DNA of 64,000 nt, taken from Sedimentisphaeraceae bacterium JB056. GTDB taxonomy: Bacteria > Planctomycetota > Phycisphaerae > Sedimentisphaerales > Sedimentisphaeraceae. The translations under genes and the position numbers were made by a program. Shown piece after piece: positions 1-9,708 of this stretch. Positions within the stretch are counted from its first letter, which is position 1, and the number at the start of each line of letters is the position of its first letter. The notes under the pieces were generated by a model, which searched no databases, was not told the DNA's origin, and saw only the letters and a list, made by a program, of their open reading frames with translations. The stretch lies in assembly GCA_044440125.1 (NCBI GenBank), contig JBITAJ010000018.1:1-64000 (forward strand), read 5' to 3'.

Positions 1-1
1 C

Positions 2-1153
2 ATCGTCTTTGACGGCGCGATCGAGTATCTTGAGAAACATAAGAACTCTGATCAGCCTTTCTTTATGTACGTTGCCAGTGCCATGCCGCATACATGGGTC
101 GATTACCAGATACCGCCCGAAGACGTGGAGAAGTTCAAAAATAATCCGGAGATAAACGATTTCGATGCTGAGATATACGCTATGATCGAAAGGCTCGACA
201 ATAACCTCGGGCGTCTGCTCAAAAAGGTAGACAGTCTCGGCCTTGCTGACGATACTATCGTTATCTACACTTCCGACAACGGGCCGCAGTTTGCACCGAC
301 CTCTACCCGCTGGAACATGAACCTTCGCGGCTCCAAGGGTTCGACGTATGAAGGCGGCATCAAGCTGCCATGCTTTATCCGCTGGCCCAATGTACTTGCG
401 GCAGACAAAGATATAAAGCAGGTCGGCGCGTGTATCGATTTTATGCCTACGGTTCTTGATATGTGCGGCATAGATGCCGAGTTGCCCGAGAAAATAGACG
501 GAATAAGTCTGTGGCCGTATATTAACGGCACAAAGACAGATAAAAAACCGCGAACTTTCTACGGCCAGTTCCATAGAAGCGATGTGCCGTGCGTTTGGCC
601 CAACTCATACATCCGCGAGGGTGATTACAAACTGGTTAACGGCTGCGAGCTTTATAATCTCGCTGAAGACCCGTACGAAAAGAACGACCTCTCAAGGCAG
701 ATGCCGGGTAAGTTTTACAAGCTTTGCGACAAATACGAGAAATGGTTTAAGAATGTTACCGCCGATGTAGTCGATTTCGGCGAGTTCCAGATCAATCCTA
801 TAATCGTGGGCAGCGATAAGCAGCAGCTTACCAACCTGCGGTACAGCAACGAAAACCCCAAGTACGGCTGGCCGATGGTAGTTGTTGACAAAGGGCCCTA
901 CAGGATAACCGTCAACCATATGCAGAACGATTTGTTTGATGATACATCCGTGTTCGAGCTTAGCGTCGGTGAGAGGGTTCTGAGCAAAAAGATACTGCCA
1001 AATGACGGCAAGCTTGTTTTCGACAATGTAACGATAGAGCCCGGTAAATACGATTTCAAGGCGGGCATCAAAGGGACTTATCGAACCCGCGTATACCGTT
1101 CGGGTCCTGATGTCGGACACAGGAATATTTACATAGAAAAAATCTCCCGCTGA
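2..1153 (+). CDS. Arylsulfatase-family (S1) sulfatase, 5'-truncated by the window edge
   Basis: Frame is open from position 2 (IVFDGAIEYLEKHK...QPFFMY). C-terminal-half sulfatase motifs are present: PH, YTSDNG, RGSKG..YEGG, D..PT, ELYNL..DP.E..DL. Confidence 0.9.
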   Translation: MVFDGAIEYLEKHKNSDQPFFMYVASAMPHTWVDYQIPPEDVEKFKNNPEINDFDAEIYAMIERLDNNLGRLLKKVDSLGLADDTIVIYTSDNGPQFAPTSTRWNMNLRGSKGSTYEGGIKLPCFIRWPNVLAADKDIKQVGACIDFMPTVLDMCGIDAELPEKIDGISLWPYINGTKTDKKPRTFYGQFHRSDVPCVWPNSYIREGDYKLVNGCELYNLAEDPYEKNDLSRQMPGKFYKLCDKYEKWFKNVTADVVDFGEFQINPIIVGSDKQQLTNLRYSNENPKYGWPMVVVDKGPYRITVNHMQNDLFDDTSVFELSVGERVLSKKILPNDGKLVFDNVTIEPGKYDFKAGIKGTYRTRVYRSGPDVGHRNIYIEKISR

Positions 1154-1304
1154 TAGTTTTTCCGTCAGGTTTTTCTTGGTATACAGATCAGGCTGCTGAA
1201 AAAAGAGCAGTGTGTTCCCGGTTGAAGTGCGCATACTCATAAAGTACGTATTGGAAGCGATGTTGCTTCCGTTGATGATTTTATTACTTTAAGCGAGGTG
1301 TAAA

Positions 1305-3014
1305 ATGAAATGTTTACAGAAATGGCAACTGTGGTTGCTGGCAATCGGTGTGATTTGTTCATGTGCCGGGGCGACAGTGTATCGTACTATGGATGCAGAG
1401 AGCGCTTCGATAGATGCAGATGACTGGGAGCTCCATGATAACGGCTATGATTTTCTGGCCGTAACCAAGGGAGAGCCCCAGGCTCCCTGGATAAGTCCGT
1501 CGCAGTATTATACGGGCACGCACGGCTTTGGATACGATATCTATCCGACCTCCGGTCTTTATGACGGGCAGACGATGGACAAGATAAATCATCGCATTAT
1601 ATATGGCGGCGATACCGGCGCGATTGGATTTAATGAGGTTCGATATACGTCTTATTATGTCAAACTCTCAGATAGTCATTTCGAGATACCCGAGGGTATC
1701 TGTATTCTCGTTCAGTGGTGGCAGGGCTCCCCGCATAATCCGCCGCTTTCTATGCACGTTTTGCCGGATACGACTTCGCCGCAGTTCGCGTTTTTCTGCA
1801 AGGATGACGAGACCGGCGGCACTCCTTCAGAGACCGCCAGGATGATCTTTGAAGGTGATATGCCGATAGGGCAGTGGCAGCATTTCATAGTCAAAACGAA
1901 GATGAATTACATCGGCTCGGGAAATAAAGCCGAAATCAAGGTATGGCACAACGGTAAATTGTTAAGCTCACTTGTAAACAGCGGATATGCCTACACCGGT
2001 TACTGCGGATATAAACCGGCAAGCCTGGGCGGGATTACCGGTGCGAATAATAAACTTGAGCCGTTTATCGGTATTTACAGGCAGAGACAATGGAAACGGA
2101 CGCAGGTGTTCTTCGATGATGTCGTGCTCAGCAATTCTTATTCGGAACCTACCGGCAGCTATGAAGACGAGCGATATGACCTTGCAAGTTCGGGCATAAC
2201 GATCGAGGCAGAGAACAGCAGCGATATCGTTTCTCCTATGGCAGTGAGTGGGGGCGGCGGCTCTTCCGGAGGCCAGTATATATCAGTTCCCGAGGGAACC
2301 GGTAACGGCAGCGGTGATGCGACGTATCACCTGGAGATACCGGCTGATGATTATTATTACGTGTGGGCAAGAACCTATGCACCGGATGCCGGATCAAATT
2401 CTGTGTTTGTTCATTTCAACAGTGACAGCGATACGGAGTTTGGGTTGCGTGAAGATACGTTCTGGAGATGGAACGTTGTCGGGCCGTTTTACCTCTATGC
2501 CGGTATAAACACGATGACTATCGGTAATCGCGAGGATGGGACCAAGATAGATCTGCTTCATGTGGGCACGTTCTACCAGTCGCCTCCTGTAAGCAAAGTG
2601 GGCTTTTTTATTGAGGCGGAAAACGGACAGATAACCTCGCCGATGGAAGTGCAGACCAATACGACGGCCAGTGCGGGTAATTTTATTGTAACGCCCAACG
2701 GAACCGGCAACGGTACAGGCGGCCAGCTCAAATACAACTTCGATCTGGAAGAAGCGGCCAGCCTATATGTATGGGCGAGGGTTTTTGCTCCTACCGGTGC
2801 GGACAACTCTTTCTATATTCGACAGCAAGGAATGACTTTTGCAGACTGGCATCTTTCCTATGACGATACCAACTGGGTATGGCAGAAATACAGCACGGCT
2901 TTCAGCTTTTCCGCCGGAGGCAACAATGTTATAATCGGAACTCGAGAGGACGGCACTGAGGCTGACAGGATATATATTGGTGATGAAGATCCGAGGATTA
3001 TAGATAATTTCTAA
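1305..3014 (+). CDS. Secreted protein: polysaccharide-lyase-like beta-jelly-roll domain plus two tandem CBM6/35-like modules
   Basis: RBS GAGG and signal peptide. QWWQG..PPLS, GQWQHF, KVWHNGK, GIYR and FFDDV resemble heparin-lyase-I/PL-type domains. Two ~125-aa repeats start IEAEN and contain YVWAR..AP and REDGT..D. Confidence 0.6.
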   Translation: MKCLQKWQLWLLAIGVICSCAGATVYRTMDAESASIDADDWELHDNGYDFLAVTKGEPQAPWISPSQYYTGTHGFGYDIYPTSGLYDGQTMDKINHRIIYGGDTGAIGFNEVRYTSYYVKLSDSHFEIPEGICILVQWWQGSPHNPPLSMHVLPDTTSPQFAFFCKDDETGGTPSETARMIFEGDMPIGQWQHFIVKTKMNYIGSGNKAEIKVWHNGKLLSSLVNSGYAYTGYCGYKPASLGGITGANNKLEPFIGIYRQRQWKRTQVFFDDVVLSNSYSEPTGSYEDERYDLASSGITIEAENSSDIVSPMAVSGGGGSSGGQYISVPEGTGNGSGDATYHLEIPADDYYYVWARTYAPDAGSNSVFVHFNSDSDTEFGLREDTFWRWNVVGPFYLYAGINTMTIGNREDGTKIDLLHVGTFYQSPPVSKVGFFIEAENGQITSPMEVQTNTTASAGNFIVTPNGTGNGTGGQLKYNFDLEEAASLYVWARVFAPTGADNSFYIRQQGMTFADWHLSYDDTNWVWQKYSTAFSFSAGGNNVIIGTREDGTEADRIYIGDEDPRIIDNF

Positions 3015-3019
3015 ATTCT

Positions 3020-3063
3020 AATCCGGCTCTCATATGAAAAACATGGGAGCCGGATTTTTTTTT
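3020..3063 (+). terminator. Rho-independent terminator
   Basis: Stem AATCCGGCTCTCAT / ATGGGAGCCGGATT followed by a T tract, just after the stop at 3014. Confidence 0.85.
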
Positions 3064-3076
3064 GGGGGGGGGCTTT

Positions 3077-3137
3077 CGCAATTTGGTTAGTTTTTAACGC
3101 AATTTGGTATTGGTTAACTGAAGCACTGCAATATAAT
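3077..3137 (+). promoter_or_regulatory. Putative activator-dependent promoter of araD
   Basis: Perfect 11-bp direct repeat CGCAATTTGGT at 3077 and 3098 (21-bp period) abuts the -35 position. TATAAT at 3132-3137. Confidence 0.5.
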
Positions 3138-3174
3138 TAAATTGAGATATTTAATTAATTTTGCAGAGGTCCGC

Positions 3175-3876
3175 ATGTTAGAAAGCTTAAAAATCGAAGT
3201 TTGTCAGGCCAATATCGAATTACAACGACAAGGACTTGTTATATACAGTTGGGGTAATGTAAGTGGTATCGACAGGGATAATGGAATTGTCGCAATAAAG
3301 CCAAGTGGTGTGAGCTATGACGATCTTAATCCTGACATGATTGTTCTTGTCGATCTTGAGGGTAATATTGTGGAAGGGCGACTCAATCCTTCGTCTGATA
3401 CTCCTACTCATCTTGAGCTTTACAGGCAGTTTCCGCAGATAGGCGGTATCTGTCACACTCATTCAACAAACGCAACTGTATGGGCACAGGCAAAGCGTTC
3501 GATACCTACGCTTGGCACGACGCATGCTGATTATTTCTATGGAGATGTGCCGGTAACAAGGATGATGAGTCCTGAAGAAATAAGAGGAGATTATGAGCTT
3601 AATACCGGAAAGGTGATAGTGGAGACTTTCCGTGATAAGTCTATTCAACCTGCACAGATGCCGGCTGTTCTTGTAGCCGGACATGGCCCTTTTACATGGG
3701 GAACTAATGCTGCAAAAAGCGTGGAATCATCGGTTGTTCTTGAACAAGTAGCACTGATGGCTATAAATACGGCAGTTATAAATCCGCCGCTTGAGGCTAT
3801 TCCTCAGGTATTGCTGGATAAGCATTATTTGCGTAAGCATGGTAAAAATGCTTATTACGGACAGAAAACCAACTAA
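3175..3876 (+). CDS. araD: L-ribulose-5-phosphate 4-epimerase
   Basis: WGNVS, IKPSGV, PSSDTPTH, HTHS, GTTHADYF, HGPF.WG and C-terminal LLDKHYLRKHG.NAYYGQ. ATG 3175 follows a GAGG RBS. Confidence 0.95.
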   Translation: MLESLKIEVCQANIELQRQGLVIYSWGNVSGIDRDNGIVAIKPSGVSYDDLNPDMIVLVDLEGNIVEGRLNPSSDTPTHLELYRQFPQIGGICHTHSTNATVWAQAKRSIPTLGTTHADYFYGDVPVTRMMSPEEIRGDYELNTGKVIVETFRDKSIQPAQMPAVLVAGHGPFTWGTNAAKSVESSVVLEQVALMAINTAVINPPLEAIPQVLLDKHYLRKHGKNAYYGQKTN

Positions 3877-3991
3877 ACTTGATGTTTGCTCATATCTTGC
3901 TCGCAATTGACAGTTGACAATTGTTTGTGTTAATGGATAATTATAGACATTAATCCATTATAAGTAATAACTACGTGAAGATAGTCTATAT

Positions 3992-4765
3992 ATGAGTAAA
4001 AAGTTTACGAAATTAAAGAAGCCTCCGTTGGTTCCTCAGGTTACAACGCTTTGGGAGTATCCATCACAGCATTACGGTAACTCGCTGCAGGGAGATCCTA
4101 ATTATATTGGGGCTACCCCAAGTTATGTTATCTGGAATTTACTGAAGAGATATACGAAGGAAAAAGATCTTGTCATAGACCCTATGTGCGGCAGTGGTAC
4201 TACACTTGATGTTGCGCGTGATATGAATAGAAGGGCTCTTGGATATGATGTAAATCCTACTCGTAAGGATATTTTCAGGGTTGATGCAAGAAAATTGCCG
4301 CTTGAAGATGAGAAGGCTGACTTTGTATTTGTAGATCCGCCTTATTCAACGCATGTCAATTACAGTGACAGTCCCCAATGTATAGGCAAGCTTCATGCTG
4401 GAGAGGGCGAGTATTATGATTCGATGCGGCAGGTAATCAGTGAGATTCATCGAGTGCTTAAGCCGGGTAAGTACATGGGGCTTTATGTGAGCGATTCACA
4501 CGAGAAGAAAAAGGGCTTTTTTCCGATAGGATTTGAATTATTCTCAATTATGCGTGAGTATTTTATCCCTGTTGATATTATATCTGTGGTGAGACATAAT
4601 AAAACCCTGCAAATGGGCAATTACCGCAAAGCAGCCGATGAAGGAAATTTCTTTCTGCGTGGATTTAATTACCTGTTCATAATGCAGAAAGAAAAGAAGC
4701 CCGCAAAGCCGCCCGTTAAAAAGAAAACCGTATCAAAAAAACGAAGGCCGCATAAAAACAGATAA
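3992..4765 (+). CDS. Orphan SAM-dependent amino-methyltransferase (N6-A/N4-C DNA MTase or TRM11-like)
   Basis: Motif I DPMCGSGTT, motif IV DPPY, HRVLKPG; Lys/Arg-rich C-terminal tail. Confidence 0.8.
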   Translation: MSKKFTKLKKPPLVPQVTTLWEYPSQHYGNSLQGDPNYIGATPSYVIWNLLKRYTKEKDLVIDPMCGSGTTLDVARDMNRRALGYDVNPTRKDIFRVDARKLPLEDEKADFVFVDPPYSTHVNYSDSPQCIGKLHAGEGEYYDSMRQVISEIHRVLKPGKYMGLYVSDSHEKKKGFFPIGFELFSIMREYFIPVDIISVVRHNKTLQMGNYRKAADEGNFFLRGFNYLFIMQKEKKPAKPPVKKKTVSKKRRPHKNR

Positions 4766-4840
4766 CTGACCTTAGTACGCCAGATAAACGCACGGCGGCA
4801 AGCAAAGCACTCCAAAGGGCAGAGCTTTTAAGCGAACCAT

Positions 4841-4879
4841 AAAAAAACGGGACGACCTGTAAAGGAACGTCCCGTTTTT
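4841..4879. terminator. Bidirectional terminator between convergent genes
   Basis: AAAAAAACGGGACG...CGTCCCGTTTTT. Confidence 0.8.
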
Positions 4880-4900
4880 AATATTTATTTCAGCAAGAAA

Positions 4901-5962
4901 TTACAGTGTGTTTGTAGCGTTCAAGCTTTCACATGCTTCAACAATACGAGCCACCATGCTCTCCTGACCGGCACGCAGCCATACGCGTGGATCATAGTAT
5001 TTCTTATTGGGCTTATCAGCACCCTCTGGGTTACCAAGCTGACCCTGCAAGTATGCTTCGTTCTTCTTATAGAAGTCGAGAACACCTTTCCATGTAGCCC
5101 ACTGAGTATCAGTATCAATGTTCATCTTGATTACGCCATAAGAGATAGCTTCTTTGATTTCTTCCTGTGAAGAACCAGAACCACCATGGAATACGAAATC
5201 AAGAGGGTTGTTACCAAGACCGAATTGCTTAGCTACTTCCGCCTGTGAATCACGAAGGATAGTAGGAGTAAGCTTTACGTTACCAGGCTTATAAACACCG
5301 TGAACATTACCGAATGATGCGGCAATAGTGAAGTTAGGACTGATTTTGATCATTTTTTCGTAAGCGTATGCAACATCTGCTGGCTGAGTGTATAGCTTTG
5401 ACTCATCCATATCGCTGTTGTCTACACCGTCTTCTTCGCCACCAGTACAACCCAACTCTATTTCAAGAGTCATATCGATTTTAGCCATACGCTCTAAGTA
5501 CTTACAACTGATTTCGATGTTTTCTTCCAAAGTTTCCTCTGAAAGGTCAAGCATGTGTGAAGAGAAAAGAGGTTTGCCTGTTTCAGCGTAATACTCTTCG
5601 CCCGCCTCTAAAAGAGAATCAATCCAAGGCAGAAGCTTCTTAGCAGCGTGGTCTGTATGCAGAATTACAGGAACGCCGTAAGCAGCAGCAACTGTATGTA
5701 CGTGCTTTGCACCAGAGATAGCACCCAATACTTTACCGTTGTCGCATGTTTTACCAGCAACAAAGTTGGCACCACCATTTGAAAACTGAATGATTACAGG
5801 TGATTTTGCCTTTGCAGCAGCTTCTAAAACTGCATTACAAGAATCTGTACCAACACAGTTTACTGCTGGTAGAGCAAAACCATTTTCTTTCGCGTATGCG
5901 AAAACTTTTTGTGTGTCTTTACCGGAAACTACACCCGGCTTTACAATGTCAAGAATGCTCAT
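4901..5962 (-). CDS. fbaA: Class II fructose-bisphosphate aldolase
   Basis: HTDHAAKKLLPW, SSHMLDLS, GGEEDGV, FGNVHGVYKPGNV, FHGGSGS, KMNIDTD, YYDPR. Confidence 0.97.
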   Translation of the reverse strand: MSILDIVKPGVVSGKDTQKVFAYAKENGFALPAVNCVGTDSCNAVLEAAAKAKSPVIIQFSNGGANFVAGKTCDNGKVLGAISGAKHVHTVAAAYGVPVILHTDHAAKKLLPWIDSLLEAGEEYYAETGKPLFSSHMLDLSEETLEENIEISCKYLERMAKIDMTLEIELGCTGGEEDGVDNSDMDESKLYTQPADVAYAYEKMIKISPNFTIAASFGNVHGVYKPGNVKLTPTILRDSQAEVAKQFGLGNNPLDFVFHGGSGSSQEEIKEAISYGVIKMNIDTDTQWATWKGVLDFYKKNEAYLQGQLGNPEGADKPNKKYYDPRVWLRAGQESMVARIVEACESLNATNTL

Positions 5963-6218
5963 ATTAATTTCCTCTATGAATGTTTCATAATAAACTTAAA
6001 CGTAACGGATTTTACAGAAAAATGCTTGTTTTGCAAATATAAATTTGTAGTGCATACAATTTTCCCTCCTCATTTGTATGACACAAGACAGATAAGCACA
6101 AAAAAGAACGCAACTTGTTCTTGATTCAACACTTGGCTTAGAAAATAGTGACGTTCCTTCTTTTTCTTGTGCATCAGTCAAGATTGGAACTATGTCAGGC
6201 TTTTAATGTTTATTTTGG

Positions 6219-7142
6219 TTACTTAAAGCAAATATTCTGAGTAATTTTTTTTGCAAAGAATATATTGGGTTCGAATTCATCTTTGTGCCAGTTGAATCCG
6301 TAAATTTTCAAAGTATCATTGCTTAATGTTGTTATTGCTATTATGGGTTCGCCTTGCGGACATCCTTTACGGTAATAAGAAAACCCTGCAGGTGCGATTA
6401 TGTCAATATTATTCCATTTAGTAATCGCTCTTTTATGCCAGTGACCATGGAAAAATGCAATTATATTGTAGTCGGATATGATATCGTATAATTTTTCGGA
6501 GCTTTCTTTATCAAGCCGTGATGTTCGGTCGAGCTTTTCATTATGGCATGGTAAAACGTGCATTATGAAGAGTATAGGAGTGTTTTTCTCTATTGCGAGA
6601 AGATCTTTTGCGAGCCATTTGAGCTGTTCTTTATCTAATATTGGGGCCGCGCTGTTTAGATTTGGATAAGGGTCTAAAAAAATAACATGCAGGTTATTAA
6701 TATTTCTGCTGTAATATGTTGCTCCATAAAAGTCTGCAAATTGTTTTCTTATGTTAAATTCTTTGCGGCTGTCGTGGTTACCAAGTGCTGCAAGAGTTTT
6801 AATATTCGTATCAAGATGACCAACCGTTGAAATATAACTTCTCTGATCCGCTATATCAGGGTCGTTCCATTGCGAGGATAGACCTTTCTCTGTTATATCT
6901 CCGCAATGTATAAGTGTTTCAATTGGAGAATTTTTGAGTATCTCTTTTAGTTCTTCAGGCGGTTCCTTGGAAGCTATATCATTAATCTGTTTTATGATAT
7001 CGATTCGAGTTTTATCATTATAGTCATAAGCACCGAAGTGCGTATCAGACCATACGGCTAATACAGACGTATCTTTGCTTGCCGCAAAGAGCGGTGATAT
7101 TAATATAAGAATTGAGATGAGTATTTTTACAAATCTTGTCAT
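6219..7142 (-). CDS. Secreted calcineurin-like metallophosphoesterase
   Basis: SDTH, GDIT, GNHD, MH and HGHWH motifs. Signal peptide if the start is at 7142. Confidence 0.85.
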   Translation of the reverse strand: MTRFVKILISILILISPLFAASKDTSVLAVWSDTHFGAYDYNDKTRIDIIKQINDIASKEPPEELKEILKNSPIETLIHCGDITEKGLSSQWNDPDIADQRSYISTVGHLDTNIKTLAALGNHDSRKEFNIRKQFADFYGATYYSRNINNLHVIFLDPYPNLNSAAPILDKEQLKWLAKDLLAIEKNTPILFIMHVLPCHNEKLDRTSRLDKESSEKLYDIISDYNIIAFFHGHWHKRAITKWNNIDIIAPAGFSYYRKGCPQGEPIIAITTLSNDTLKIYGFNWHKDEFEPNIFFAKKITQNICFK

Positions 7143-7208
7143 ATGTGTCGATATAAAAAGTGTAGGGAGAAAGTTTTTGGCTTTTTCCCTACGCACTTAG
7201 TTTATCAA

Positions 7209-8405
7209 TTATATATCTTTGCCGGTGATTAGGGTATATGTATCTTTTGCAATCATATATTCTTCATCGGTTGGAAGCATCATTGCTTTTATTTTGGAAT
7301 CACCAGTTGAGAAAATTGTTTCTTTATTCTCATTTTTGTTCTTGTCAACTTTGATTCCTGCAAACTCAAAGCATTCCAGTACTCTTTCGCGTATAAAAGA
7401 GTTGTTTTCACCTATGCCGGCAGTAAATACAACAGCATCGGCTCCATTGAGTGAGGCAAGGTATGAGCCTATGTATTTCTGTATTCTATAGATTAATATT
7501 TCAACGGCAGCATCTGCATCTTTATCACCTTTCTTGGCTGATGCCAGAACATCGCGAAGATCAGAGCTTCCGCCAAGGCCAAGGAGCCCTGATTTTTTGT
7601 TCAGGATATCGTCCATCTCCTTAGGACTGAGGTTGTATTCACCCATTATCCAAAGAATTGCGGCAGGGTCTATATCGCCGCAGCGAGTACCCATTACCAA
7701 TCCTTCCAGAGGAGTCAGGCCCATTGATGTATCCATTACCTTGCCGTTCTTGAATGCCGTAATAGAACTGCCGTTTCCAAGATGGCATACTATGATTTTG
7801 CACTGTTCGAAGGGCTTTCCAAGAACCTTAGCGGTTTCCCGTGATACATAATCATGGCTGGTGCCGTGGAAACCGTATTTTCTGATGCCGTCTTTTTTAT
7901 AGTATTCTAACGGAAGACCGTACATATAAGCCTTTTTGGGCATTGTCTGGTGAACAGCAGTATCAAATACGGCAACGTTAGGTACATCCAACAGCGACAT
8001 ACAAGTTTCTATACCGAGTATGTTTGGAGGGTTGTGTAGAGGAGCGAACTTGCTAAGTTCTTTCATCTTATCAATCATTTCCTTGGTTATTACGACTGAA
8101 TGATTGAAGTATTCTCCACCGTGAACAACTCTGTGGCCGATACCGTTGATCTCAGACATATTGTCGATTACGCCGTAGTCAGAATCAGTTAGAAGAGGTT
8201 CTATCTCTTCCATCGCGGCCTTATGATCTGTAAGATCTTTTTCTATTACTACGTTGTCTTTACCTGTTGGCTGGTGTGTTATCTTGGAGCCTTTAAGGCC
8301 AATACGCTCAACAAGACCTTTAGCAAGAATATCGAAGCTGTTTTCGATATTAAAGATTTGATATTTCAGGCTGCTTGAGCCACTGTTCATTACAAGTATT
8401 TTCAT
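7209..8405 (-). CDS. ackA: Acetate kinase
   Basis: NSGSSSLK, GHRVVHGG, APLHN, YGFHGTSH, HLGNG, GTRCGD.DP, GIGEN. Confidence 0.97.
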   Translation of the reverse strand: MKILVMNSGSSSLKYQIFNIENSFDILAKGLVERIGLKGSKITHQPTGKDNVVIEKDLTDHKAAMEEIEPLLTDSDYGVIDNMSEINGIGHRVVHGGEYFNHSVVITKEMIDKMKELSKFAPLHNPPNILGIETCMSLLDVPNVAVFDTAVHQTMPKKAYMYGLPLEYYKKDGIRKYGFHGTSHDYVSRETAKVLGKPFEQCKIIVCHLGNGSSITAFKNGKVMDTSMGLTPLEGLVMGTRCGDIDPAAILWIMGEYNLSPKEMDDILNKKSGLLGLGGSSDLRDVLASAKKGDKDADAAVEILIYRIQKYIGSYLASLNGADAVVFTAGIGENNSFIRERVLECFEFAGIKVDKNKNENKETIFSTGDSKIKAMMLPTDEEYMIAKDTYTLITGKDI

Positions 8406-8442
8406 CTATATTATCCTGAAAAGAGAAATTTGTTGTATAATT

Positions 8443-8469
8443 AAAAAAAGGTGCGTTTTGCGCACCTTT
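8443..8469 (-). terminator. Terminator-like hairpin between pta and ackA
   Basis: Minus strand reads AAAGGTGCG-CAAAA-CGCACCTTTTTTT. Confidence 0.7.
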
Positions 8470-8474
8470 ATATT

Positions 8475-9476
8475 TTAGCTTACTGCCTGTATTGCTGTTA
8501 TTGCTACTGTTGCCACAATGTCGCTGCTGCTGCATCCTCTTGAAAGGTCATTCACTGGTTTTGCTATTCCCTGGAGTATTGGGCCGTAAGCACTCATGGA
8601 TGCGAGTCTTTCGCCCATTTTGTATGCAATATTTCCTGCACTCAGATCGGGGAAGATGAATGTATTGGCTTCTCCCTTAAGCGGGCTATCCGGAGCTTTG
8701 CTTGCAGCTACCTTTGGTACGAATGCTGCATCAAACTGCAACTCTCCATCAATTGTGTATTCTCCTTGGAATTCGGCTGACATTTTCTTTTTGGAAAGTT
8801 CTGCCGATTTTGATGCGGCTTCAACATCAGGCCCAAGTCCTGATCCTTTGGTTGAATAGCTAAGTATAGCAATCTTTGGTGTGAGATCAAAACTTTTAGC
8901 AGTGTTTGCTGTAGCTATTGTAATGTCTGCAATTTGTTCCGGTGTGGGATTGACATTAAGTCCACAGTCACTGAAGAGGTATGTTTCCTCGCCACGACAC
9001 ATGAAGAACATGCTGGATACGGTTTTAACGCCAGGGGCGCATTTGATTATCTGAAGGGCTGGTCGTATAGTGTCTGCAGAGGAGTGAGAAGCACCTGCTA
9101 CAAAACCGTCAGCATCACCGGTCTTGACCATCATCATACCGTAAAACATCGGGTTTTTCATTAGCTCAGTTGCTTTATCCAATTCCATGCCTTTGGATTT
9201 GCGGAGCTCGTAGAACTTTTGCGCATATTCTTCGAGTTTGTCAGAGTTTGCAGGCTCTGTTACGCAGATATTAGACATATCTGCTCCTAAATCAGAAAGC
9301 TTAGATGTTATAGCTTCCTTATCGCCAAGAATTGTTATTTTTGCGATAGATTTTTCAGAAACAACCTTTGCTGCTTCAAGTGTTCTCTGATCTTCACCTT
9401 CGGGCAGTACTATGTGCTTGGAAAGTGTTTTAGACTTTTCAAAAATATATTCAAGAAAAGCTTCTGTCTGTGACAT
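8475..9476 (-). CDS. pta: Phosphate acetyltransferase
   Basis: IVLPEGED.R, RPALQIIK, SYSTKGS, DGELQFDAA, FPDL.AGNI.YK, PVNDLSRG. Confidence 0.96.
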   Translation of the reverse strand: MSQTEAFLEYIFEKSKTLSKHIVLPEGEDQRTLEAAKVVSEKSIAKITILGDKEAITSKLSDLGADMSNICVTEPANSDKLEEYAQKFYELRKSKGMELDKATELMKNPMFYGMMMVKTGDADGFVAGASHSSADTIRPALQIIKCAPGVKTVSSMFFMCRGEETYLFSDCGLNVNPTPEQIADITIATANTAKSFDLTPKIAILSYSTKGSGLGPDVEAASKSAELSKKKMSAEFQGEYTIDGELQFDAAFVPKVAASKAPDSPLKGEANTFIFPDLSAGNIAYKMGERLASMSAYGPILQGIAKPVNDLSRGCSSSDIVATVAITAIQAVS

Positions 9477-9708
9477 TATATGACCTTTTCAATTAAAATA
9501 ACTTTGCAGATAAATATTAATGTAAATTAACGCAATAAAATAGTAATTTGTACCAATTTTGAATACGCAACTTATCGACAAAAGAATTATAAGCAAGAAA
9601 AAAACTGCGCCAAGTGTTAGGTTCTGACATTTTTAAAAACATCTAAAAAAACTTCAATATTGCACATAAATAAACATTAAATACATTTTTGTAGCATTTT
9701 TAGTTGGG

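Noticed and set aside
3992..4765. Restriction-modification or other defence system
   Set aside because: Neighbours are araD and fbaA; no endonuclease or specificity gene is present.
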